Shown here: piece by piece, positions 27,655 through 35,394 of the stretch
How positions within the stretch are numbered: the first letter of the stretch is position 1
Layout of the letters: every line of letters begins with the position of its first letter
Source of the DNA: a candidate division WWE3 bacterium RIFCSPHIGHO2_01_FULL_42_13
Lineage (GTDB): Bacteria; Patescibacteriota; WWE3; UBA101185; UBA10185
Assembly (NCBI GenBank): GCA_001772625.1
Contig: MEVA01000006.1
Location: 27,839-91,838 of the forward strand
Length of the DNA: 64,000 nt
Direction of reading: 5' to 3'
The notes under the pieces: generated by a model
What the model was told of the DNA's origin: nothing
What the model saw: the letters and a program-made list of their open reading frames with translations, nothing else
The model's database searches: none
Position numbers and translations under genes: made by a program

Positions 27655-28731
27655 ATGGCAAAATTTAACGTATCACAATTATTAGAAAGTGTTGTAAAGA
27701 TGGGGGCATCGGATTTACACCTAAGTGTGGGTGTATCTCCTGTTATAAGGGTAAATACTGCCCTCGCTCCCCTTTCTGACATTCCACCGCTTACGGTTGA
27801 AGATATAGAATTTTTTATTTCGCAAATTTTAAATCAGGAACAAAAAGATATTTTGGATGTAAACAAAGAACTTGATTTATCCGTGGCGCTTGGAAACCAG
27901 GTTAGGTTTAGGGTTAATGTGTTTTTTCAAAAAGGTTACCCATCCATTGCGATGAGAACAATTCCGTTAATTGTGCCCTCTTTGGATAAATTGGGTCTGC
28001 CCCCGATCGTAAACTCCATTTCTGATCTAAAACAGGGCTTGGTTTTAGTGGCAGGTCCCACTGGACACGGAAAATCCACAACAATTGCCGGCATGATTCA
28101 AAGAATTAATGAAACTCGCGCAGAGCATATTCTCACCATCGAAGACCCAATTGAGTACATTTTTACAAACAAAAAATCCCTCATTGAGCAAAGAGAGATG
28201 TATTTGGATACTCACTCATGGGATGTGGCTCTAAAAGCAGTTCTTAGGCAAGACCCAAACGTGGTTTTTATTGGCGAAATGAGAGATCACGATTCTATGG
28301 CCGCCGCGCTTACAATTGCCGAAACCGGACACCTGGTTTTTACGACTCTTCACACAAATTCCGCCTCTCAAACAATAGATAGGGTTATAGATTCATTTCC
28401 CGAAGGCCAGCAGGATCAAATCCGCACGCAACTTTCGCAAAGTTTAGAGGCGGTTATTTCGCAAAGAATAATTCCTTCAAAAGAGGTAGGAATGATTCCT
28501 GCGGTTGAGGTTTTACTGGGCACGTCGGCGGTTAGGAATATGATAAGAGAAGGAAAAAGTCATCAGCTGGATAACGTTATAGATACAAGTGCGGGTGCCG
28601 GAATGGTTTCTTTAAACACAAGTTTAGCGGAGCTTGTTAAAAACGGCCGCATAGAATTAAATGAGGCTATAAAGTACAGTTTGCGCCCCGATGAACTAAA
28701 GCACCTTGTGGGCGCTGGAGTAAATGAATAG
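27655..28731 (+). CDS. pilT: Twitching-motility retraction ATPase PilT
   Basis: GASDLHLSVGVSPVIRV, GPTGHGKST, and about 358 aa. Confidence 0.9.
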   Translation: MAKFNVSQLLESVVKMGASDLHLSVGVSPVIRVNTALAPLSDIPPLTVEDIEFFISQILNQEQKDILDVNKELDLSVALGNQVRFRVNVFFQKGYPSIAMRTIPLIVPSLDKLGLPPIVNSISDLKQGLVLVAGPTGHGKSTTIAGMIQRINETRAEHILTIEDPIEYIFTNKKSLIEQREMYLDTHSWDVALKAVLRQDPNVVFIGEMRDHDSMAAALTIAETGHLVFTTLHTNSASQTIDRVIDSFPEGQQDQIRTQLSQSLEAVISQRIIPSKEVGMIPAVEVLLGTSAVRNMIREGKSHQLDNVIDTSAGAGMVSLNTSLAELVKNGRIELNEAIKYSLRPDELKHLVGAGVNE

Positions 28732-29933
28732 TGCCAATATTTTCGTATAACGCAATTGATTCCGCAGGCAAAAAACGAACAGGAAATGTAGACGCCCGCA
28801 CAAAGTCCTCAGCGGTGGGGTTATTAAAAGAGCAAAGCCTTTATGTTGTAAGCCTTGAGGAACAGACAGAAAGCCTTGTTGACAAGGTTTTAAGCCTTCG
28901 TGGCGTGCCGGATACCGAAGTCGTTGCTTTTACCCGCCAACTTTCCACTATGATTTCAGCAGGCCTTCCTATTGCGCGAGGCCTGGAAGTTTTAGCCGAT
29001 CAAACTTCCAGCAGACAAATGAGAAAAATAGTTTTGGATACACTAAGAGATGTTCAAGGCGGCGCGCAACTTTCGCACGCTTTAGCAAAATATCCAAACG
29101 TTTTTTCTCCAACTTATATTGCTTTAGTACACGCCGGTGAAACTTCGGGAAAGCTGGAAGAAATTTTAAAAAGGCTTGCAGACACTTTAGAAGCCCAGCG
29201 TGAATTTAAATCAAGTTTTACCGGAGCTATGATTTACCCGGCCATCATTTTTGTTGCCATGATCGGCGTTTTTGTCTTAATGATGATCTTTGTTATCCCC
29301 AAGCTTGCCCAAATGTATGAAAGTATGGGTGTTGAGCTTCCGGGCATGACTAAGGCAATGATTGCGGTTTCAGATTTGTTTGTTAAATTCTGGTACGCGT
29401 TTGCGGCGGTATTAGTGTTTTCGTTTTTGGCAATCAGATCATTTTTATCAACCGAAGGAGGCAAAGAATTTTTATACAAGATTTTAATGAAACTTCCGGT
29501 GTTTGGAAAAATTTTAAGACAAAAAGATTTAACTGAATTTACACGAACTTTAAGTTTGCTGGTTGCTTCGGGAATTTCGATTGTTGAGTCTTTGGAAATT
29601 GTTTCGAAAATTGTTATAAACCCCGATTATAAAAATGGCGCGCTGGCGGCCAGCAGGACTTTGGAAAAGGGTGGCTCGCTTTCAGAGTATCTAAAAACTG
29701 ACAGGCACTTCCCCCCGCTTGTAAGCCAAATGGCTTCGGTTGGAGAAGAAACAGGTCAGTTGGACGAAGTTTTATCACGAGTTGGAGAGTATTTTGCGTT
29801 AGAAACAGCTCACGCGGTAAAAGGGTTGTCATCCGCTTTGGAACCAGTCATACTTATCCTGTTGGGCGGAATGGTTGGACTTCTGATAGTTTCAATCATC
29901 ACGCCTATTTACAAGATTACTAGTGCTCTGTAA
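28731..29933 (+). CDS. pilC: Type IV pilus platform protein PilC (GspF family)
   Basis: Duplicated T2SSF domains and three TM segments. GTG start overlaps the pilT stop by 1 nt. Confidence 0.9.
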   Translation: MPIFSYNAIDSAGKKRTGNVDARTKSSAVGLLKEQSLYVVSLEEQTESLVDKVLSLRGVPDTEVVAFTRQLSTMISAGLPIARGLEVLADQTSSRQMRKIVLDTLRDVQGGAQLSHALAKYPNVFSPTYIALVHAGETSGKLEEILKRLADTLEAQREFKSSFTGAMIYPAIIFVAMIGVFVLMMIFVIPKLAQMYESMGVELPGMTKAMIAVSDLFVKFWYAFAAVLVFSFLAIRSFLSTEGGKEFLYKILMKLPVFGKILRQKDLTEFTRTLSLLVASGISIVESLEIVSKIVINPDYKNGALAASRTLEKGGSLSEYLKTDRHFPPLVSQMASVGEETGQLDEVLSRVGEYFALETAHAVKGLSSALEPVILILLGGMVGLLIVSIITPIYKITSAL

Positions 29934-29960
29934 TTTATTGTTTGTTGAAAGGCTTTTGAA

Positions 29961-30482
29961 GTGAAAATAGGACGAAAACAAAAAAGACAAAGAGGTTTTG
30001 CAGGCTTTACATTAGTTGAACTTCTTGTTGTAGTGGCAATTGTGGCGGTTTTAGCAGGCGTTATTGTTGTAGCAATAAATCCGGCTGCCCTTCTTCAAAA
30101 AAATAGAGACGCGATGAGACTTGATGATTTGGATAATGTTCATAGAGCTTTGTCTTTGGCTTTGGCTGACGGCGAAGTAACTTTGGTTGAAACCGGAACT
30201 TGTAACAACTGTACTTCCGGAAGTGGCACGCAAGCAGTTGATGGAACAGGTTGGGTTAAGTTTGAAGTTCCAACGGGAAAAACAGGTTTAGCAAAGTATT
30301 TACCAGAACTACCCCTAGATCCTTTGAACTTGGGATCTAATATTTATACCTTTGGTTCTGCTGCTGGGGCTTACGAAATAAATGTTGTGCTTGAATCCGC
30401 GGATAATGCTCCAAAGATGAGTACTGACGGTGGCAATGCCGCAGGCGTTTGGGAAATTGGAACTTCGCTAACGATACTTTGA
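29961..30482 (+). CDS. Type IV pilin (probable major pilin)
   Basis: Prepilin leader ...QRGFAG|FTLVELLVVVAIVAVLAG with Glu at +5. Position directly after pilC. Strong terminator downstream. Confidence 0.8.
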   Translation: MKIGRKQKRQRGFAGFTLVELLVVVAIVAVLAGVIVVAINPAALLQKNRDAMRLDDLDNVHRALSLALADGEVTLVETGTCNNCTSGSGTQAVDGTGWVKFEVPTGKTGLAKYLPELPLDPLNLGSNIYTFGSAAGAYEINVVLESADNAPKMSTDGGNAAGVWEIGTSLTIL

Positions 30483-30564
30483 GATTTTAGAAATTTGGAT
30501 GGCCTTGCATAGGCCGTGGTTTTATTGGGACCGTCGGGTGAGATGGTTCTCACTGCCCTACTAG

Positions 30565-30600
30565 AGAAGTCCCCGCTTAACGCGGGGACTTCTTAATTTT
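30565..30600. terminator. Strong hairpin terminator between the convergent pilin and protease genes
   Basis: 12-bp perfect stem AGAAGTCCCCGC / GCGGGGACTTCT (30565-30576 / 30582-30593), followed by TAATTTT. Confidence 0.7.
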
Positions 30601-30638
30601 ACAAGGGTACTCGATCACCTCGAGCCTCCAAGAATGAC

Positions 30639-31469
30639 TTACCAGCCAGATTTTTCCAGTATTTCTTTTGCCGGCATTTGGATGATTTTACTCCAATTTC
30701 TTTCACTCCCACGATTTTTTATAAAGTCCTTAACAAGATGATAGCCTACAGAATATCCGGTCCAAACGGCGTACTCATCATTCCCAAAAAATATTTTATT
30801 GTAGTCATCGTATGTATAGTTGTCTGAGAGCAGTAGGCCTCCAAAGCTATCAAATACTTTTCTTGCTACATCTTTACTTAAGGCTTGTGCCCACGGAGCT
30901 TGCTTACCACCCAAAACATATTCTCTAAAGTTTTCTGCCAGGCCCTCAAAAACAAGATTATCTATAAGTTTTTCTGAATCTGAGTTAGGAAAATATAAAA
31001 AGCGTATCGCGTGGTTATATTCGTGTGCCAAAGTGTTAGCTAAGTTTTTATTAAAATCTTTAAGTTTTGTACTATCTGGGTGAACATATAAGTGAATGAC
31101 GTTGGCGTAAGGTGTGTACCCATTAACCCCAAACATTTTTTCTTTTACAAAGCCTGAGAGTGTGGGAAAGATGTAAATCTCCAAATTGTTTTTTGTTGGT
31201 AGAGTCTCTACGACGGCATTGAGAGTCTTTTTAATAATCCCAAGCACATCACCCACCCCTATTGACAGATCCACTCCTTTATTTTCCAAAGAACTGAATA
31301 TGAATCCATGTAGCGATTCAGGTAGGTACTTTCCTTCTCTATAGCCCGCGTACCCATTTTTGGTCGGTTTAATTTTTTCGAAAATTAAATTACCATTAAC
31401 CCTTTCGACTTCCTGGATCAACTGAATATGGGCAGTTTTATTATTTTTTAGTTTTATCTTTTTATGCAT
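30639..31469 (-). CDS. HExxH zinc-dependent protease-like protein (DUF2268-like); candidate leader peptidase
   Basis: LAHEYNHAIRF...VFEGLAENF. The ORF is open to a TTG at 31526, but that stretch is occupied by the hairpin. ATG 31469 (MHKKIKL) or 31499 is more likely. Confidence 0.55.
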   Translation of the reverse strand: MHKKIKLKNNKTAHIQLIQEVERVNGNLIFEKIKPTKNGYAGYREGKYLPESLHGFIFSSLENKGVDLSIGVGDVLGIIKKTLNAVVETLPTKNNLEIYIFPTLSGFVKEKMFGVNGYTPYANVIHLYVHPDSTKLKDFNKNLANTLAHEYNHAIRFLYFPNSDSEKLIDNLVFEGLAENFREYVLGGKQAPWAQALSKDVARKVFDSFGGLLLSDNYTYDDYNKIFFGNDEYAVWTGYSVGYHLVKDFIKNRGSERNWSKIIQMPAKEILEKSGW

Positions 31470-31492
31470 ACCTTTGTATATATGGAAGAATT

Positions 31493-31524
31493 GAGCCATA
31501 GTCAAATGTATCTGACTATGGCTC
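31493..31524 (-). promoter_or_regulatory. Intercistronic 11-bp perfect hairpin between the precursor and protease genes
   Basis: GAGCCATAGTC (31493-31503) / GACTATGGCTC (31514-31524) with a 10-nt loop. No U-tract follows on the minus strand. Confidence 0.6.
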
Positions 31525-31547
31525 AAAACCGAATCTAAGAGCGGAAA

Positions 31548-31700
31548 TCAGCCTCCTTTACTACTTCCGCCACCACAATTACTGCTGCCCTTGCTGCCGC
31601 CTTTACTACTCCCGCCGCATTTGGGTGGGTTGGGGGACATTTCTTTAGCAAGGTTGCGCACAGTAACAGTGATCTTGTTTTTCACCGCTGGCTTTTTCAT
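31548..31700 (-). CDS. TOMM/LAP precursor peptide (50 aa), absent from the ORF track
   Basis: Hand translation gives MKKPAVKNKITVTVRNLAKEMSPNPPKCGGSSKGGSKGSSNCGGGSSKGG*. AAAGGAGAA lies 6 nt upstream of the ATG. It is 18 nt downstream of the YcaO stop on the same strand. Confidence 0.7.
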   Translation of the reverse strand: MKKPAVKNKITVTVRNLAKEMSPNPPKCGGSSKGGSKGSSNCGGGSSKGG

Positions 31701-31718
31701 GCCGGTTCTCCTTTCGTG

Positions 31719-33239
31719 TTAGGCAAACGGGTGTGTAAATACCCCATTTTGCCAAGATTTTTTGCTTAGCCCCGTGGCTTTAGGCACAGTAGCTAACCTT
31801 CTCATCCCTAAAGCTTCAGTGCCGTAACCAAAAGATATTGGCACCAGACCTTGAGGAATGGCTCGAATGATATGTACTCCCGCCTCTTTCATGTCTGGCG
31901 GAGTAAGATCAAGAGCGTAGGTTTCTACATCTCTAGTCTTAAGTAGCTCGACAAGGTTGTCAAGCCGTTGGAATTTTTCATCACCTCCTTTATTAGGATT
32001 TTCTGGTTTTCCGGACCACAGAAACTCCGCTTTTCTTAAGTGTGTACTGGAGGCATACAATGCTGCATGGTCCTCCGTACTTTGTACTTTAGTTGGGTCC
32101 TTCAGAGTATAAACAGTGTGGTCTTTTCTAAAGTCCCAATAAAGCTGCTGCTCAAGCTCGTCTAGGGCTCTACCGATTGCTGAAGACAAGGTGGGTCTGC
32201 TAGACATACCTAGCAAAAGACAAGTTTGTCCACTCTCACTTACGGCGACAGCAAGAACGACCGGTGTAAGATCCATCGTCATGTTAACCAGGTGTACCTC
32301 ATACCCAACAGATTTTATTCTTTCCACCTTAGCGTTTTGATCTGAAGACAAGCAGTCTCTTCGAATGAGGGGGTGAGAGATTCTGTTTACCCAAGTTATC
32401 ATGTAAGCATCGCGCTCGATTGCCTCAAACAAACCTCCGATCAGGGATGATTCAAAGCTGAAACCTCCTGCTACACCGGAAGAATTTGAGTAGGTATACA
32501 GCCGTGGTGTTACTGCTTTAAGGATTGGGTAATACAGTAACTCCACAGGAAGATAGAACTCTTTCCCGCTGGCTAACTTCACCACCGATTTCCAGAAGTA
32601 CCTGGCTTTTGGATCGTATCGCTTGAAAGGTAGCCCTTTGTCGTACTGTAGATTTTTGTATGTGACTACCGATCTGGGATCAAGTGCAGAGCCTCCTAAC
32701 TCCTTAGCTGATGCATTAAGGAGCTTTTCTTTAGGAACTATACCACTGGCAACTCTTTCCAAAGCTTCCATTATAGCTTTTATTTCCGCCCTAACTTTGG
32801 AACTTGAGAACCCTGCAGAAAAATCCTCTTCGCCGAGCACATTGAGGTATTTTGCAGAGAAAAGGTGATTTCCGCCAAGGTTAAAGGAGGACATCTCTTG
32901 AGACGTGTTGTGAACAACGGGTATGTAACTTCCTTTGCCCACAAATGCTTCTCGTAGCGTGCGAAGCCGACTTTTTACTGATAGCCCTTTTGATTTACTG
33001 GGCTTTGTTTTGCCGAAGCTGACAGCGCCGATACCTTTTAGTTGCGCAAGCGTCTTTGAGATCTCCTGGTTCACTGCACTTGTCACTTTTTGCTGACCGC
33101 TTAGCACCCGGCTCAGGTAGGCTAAGTCCCTCTCTGACTCAGATTCAATGTCTATGCTTCTCTCCCCCTTTCTAAGTTCCAAGCCATTTAGTGTTGGTAA
33201 CAGTTCCCAGCCTTCAGATAGAGTTATCCATTTATTCAT
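31719..33239 (-). CDS. YcaO-family cyclodehydratase (SagD-like)
   Basis: AEIKAIMEALERVASG and SNSSGVAGGFSFESSLIGGLFEAIERDAYMITW, with a C-terminal ...THPFA. Start overlaps the upstream stop (ATGAATAA). Confidence 0.85.
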   Translation of the reverse strand: MNKWITLSEGWELLPTLNGLELRKGERSIDIESESERDLAYLSRVLSGQQKVTSAVNQEISKTLAQLKGIGAVSFGKTKPSKSKGLSVKSRLRTLREAFVGKGSYIPVVHNTSQEMSSFNLGGNHLFSAKYLNVLGEEDFSAGFSSSKVRAEIKAIMEALERVASGIVPKEKLLNASAKELGGSALDPRSVVTYKNLQYDKGLPFKRYDPKARYFWKSVVKLASGKEFYLPVELLYYPILKAVTPRLYTYSNSSGVAGGFSFESSLIGGLFEAIERDAYMITWVNRISHPLIRRDCLSSDQNAKVERIKSVGYEVHLVNMTMDLTPVVLAVAVSESGQTCLLLGMSSRPTLSSAIGRALDELEQQLYWDFRKDHTVYTLKDPTKVQSTEDHAALYASSTHLRKAEFLWSGKPENPNKGGDEKFQRLDNLVELLKTRDVETYALDLTPPDMKEAGVHIIRAIPQGLVPISFGYGTEALGMRRLATVPKATGLSKKSWQNGVFTHPFA

Positions 33240-34161
33240 CTTTAACTCCGATTAACATAGTTATCAACGGAGCTTCTTCGGGAAAGCTCAGACCGATAAG
33301 TTTAGCTAACTTGTAATCATCGAAACCCCCGTACTCGACCGAGCCGATCAAAGAGCTTTCTGCGCAATAGAGATAGCAGTTTTGCGCAGCATGCCCTGCT
33401 TCCAACAGAGCGAAGCGATAACCTCTATTCGAGTACTTTTGTGTTGTCTTTTGAAACTTGGAAGATATTACTACTATTGCAGCAATGCCTCCAATTTCAG
33501 CAAGACCGTCGAAGAAAATCTCGTTTACTTTTTGGGAATCTACCTCACCAACTTTCTTAATGGAATCTTTTTCTGGGACAAAAACACCGGTGTTTCCATT
33601 AAGAATAATTGTATGGAGCATTAATGGGTAAAGTCCCCCGCCAGACGGTACAGTTCCATGGTTGTTAGCTTTACCGTACATTGCCCAAAGTAAAGTCCGC
33701 AAGATTTCTTCTGGGATAGGATTTCCATTAAAGTTTCTTATCGACTTTCTTTTCTGAAGCAGTTGGATCAGGTCAATTTGTACGCCCACAGTTGTGTCCA
33801 GCAGACCGTTTGGTTGTTCAAGCATTGCTGCAATTTCCCTATCCCCCAGATTCTTGAAGAAGGGCATTGGGTTTGAGCCGGCCAAGTGGGCGAGGAGAAA
33901 GTAGCTGTCTGGTTCCGTAACGACACCCTCTTTACTCAGAGTGCTTAAAACCTCCACCGCCTCTTCCCGTGAATACTTGGGATATGCAGCAGAACAAATT
34001 TGCTCAAGCGTGGTGTATCCGGCACATCTAGGTAAAAGAAAAGAGATTAGTCCGTTTGCCCCCTCTATTCTTACTTCTTTCCCTGGAAGTATGAATACAA
34101 AAGAATTCTTGTCTTTGTATCCATAGGCGCATACAAGCGGGTGTGAATCTTTCCTAAGCAT
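33232..34161 (-). CDS. SagB-type (nitroreductase-fold, FMN) azoline dehydrogenase with an N-terminal extension
   Basis: RKSIRNFNGNPIPEEILRTLLWAMYG...VPSGGGLYPL...RFALLEAGHAAQN. AAGGAGA SD upstream. Confidence 0.85.
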   Translation of the reverse strand: MLRKDSHPLVCAYGYKDKNSFVFILPGKEVRIEGANGLISFLLPRCAGYTTLEQICSAAYPKYSREEAVEVLSTLSKEGVVTEPDSYFLLAHLAGSNPMPFFKNLGDREIAAMLEQPNGLLDTTVGVQIDLIQLLQKRKSIRNFNGNPIPEEILRTLLWAMYGKANNHGTVPSGGGLYPLMLHTIILNGNTGVFVPEKDSIKKVGEVDSQKVNEIFFDGLAEIGGIAAIVVISSKFQKTTQKYSNRGYRFALLEAGHAAQNCYLYCAESSLIGSVEYGGFDDYKLAKLIGLSFPEEAPLITMLIGVKDE

Positions 34162-34329
34162 TTTATCTCCTTATTTTATTATCAAGGTTCGAATTTGTTT
34201 GGTTTATTACACTAAAATTTGGTGATTTTGTAGAGTCTCTCTGATAGGCGGGTAACATAATTATACACTGTTACCGGTTTTGGCTTAAACCCTATTGCTA
34301 TCCCCCACCTCAACCTATATATTAAAACC

Positions 34330-35211
34330 ATGATTGAAATATTGGGTCTTGTGTTAATTTTTATTGCCGGGTTATTTGTTGGATCTTTCCTAGATGTTGT
34401 TTCCGACAGGGTCCCTGCCCATCAGTCCCCTCTCAAAGGCCGTTCAAAATGCCCGCACTGTAACGCAACGCTTGGCCCCAAAGATCTTATTCCCCTGCTT
34501 TCGTTTATTTTGCTTCGCGGCAAATGTAGATATTGCGGCAAGAAAATTTCACTTTATTATCCAGCAGCGGAAATTCTAACCGGTGTAACCTTTGCCGCAC
34601 TTGCCTATTACCTTGGTGTATTTACCCAGCCAAACCCGCTAATCTGGCTTAATTTTGGCTACCTTGCGGCACTTGCCTCTTTTCTTATTGTAATTTTGTT
34701 TGCCGATATGAAGTACAAACTCATTCCAAACCGCGTTGTGGTTCCGGCCATAATTTTTGTGCTGTTTTTCATGGTTGGAAGCTTTGCGTTTATTGCGGCA
34801 AGTTCGTATTCGCAAATGAAAGCGGATCCTTTTGGGCAATATTTGCTTGAGGTTGGTTATTGGCAAAGCCAGATGATTTATTTGCTGCAAAGTTTATTGA
34901 TTACAATTGTTAGCGCGCTTTTGCTTGCCGGATTTTTCAAGCTTTTGATTTGGATTACGAAAGGAAAAGGCATGGGCGGTGGCGATGTGAAATTGGCATT
35001 TTTGGTTGGGCTTGTTAACGGCTTTCCGTTAAATGTTGTGGCTGTGGTTTTAGCTTTTGTAAGCGGAGCAGTGTTTAGCGGCGTTTTGATGTTACTGCGC
35101 CGAAAGGGCTTGCGCGATGTTATCCCCTTTGGACCATTCTTGGTTTTTGGCTCTGTTGTGGCCTTTATCTTTGGCCAGCAGATCTTTAACTGGTATTTGG
35201 CTCTTATCTGA
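34330..35211 (+). CDS. pilD: Prepilin peptidase / N-methyltransferase PilD (A24 family)
   Basis: CPHCNATL...CRYCGKKISLYYPAAEILTG. GGGDVKL. Multi-TM. Confidence 0.9.
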   Translation: MIEILGLVLIFIAGLFVGSFLDVVSDRVPAHQSPLKGRSKCPHCNATLGPKDLIPLLSFILLRGKCRYCGKKISLYYPAAEILTGVTFAALAYYLGVFTQPNPLIWLNFGYLAALASFLIVILFADMKYKLIPNRVVVPAIIFVLFFMVGSFAFIAASSYSQMKADPFGQYLLEVGYWQSQMIYLLQSLLITIVSALLLAGFFKLLIWITKGKGMGGGDVKLAFLVGLVNGFPLNVVAVVLAFVSGAVFSGVLMLLRRKGLRDVIPFGPFLVFGSVVAFIFGQQIFNWYLALI

Positions 35212-35394
35212 TCCTCTTTCCGACCCCTTCCGACGGTGTTTACAACCAACCTGTTATAGGCTATACTCCGGTCATCTCAATCAAGCTTGCTTGATAATTT
35301 GAGCCAGCTTGTTAGAATAATTTAAGAAGTAGCCTAAATCTGTTTGCGAAAATCTAACGCGATCAGAAATCCCTCATGAAAGGAGGAACATACC

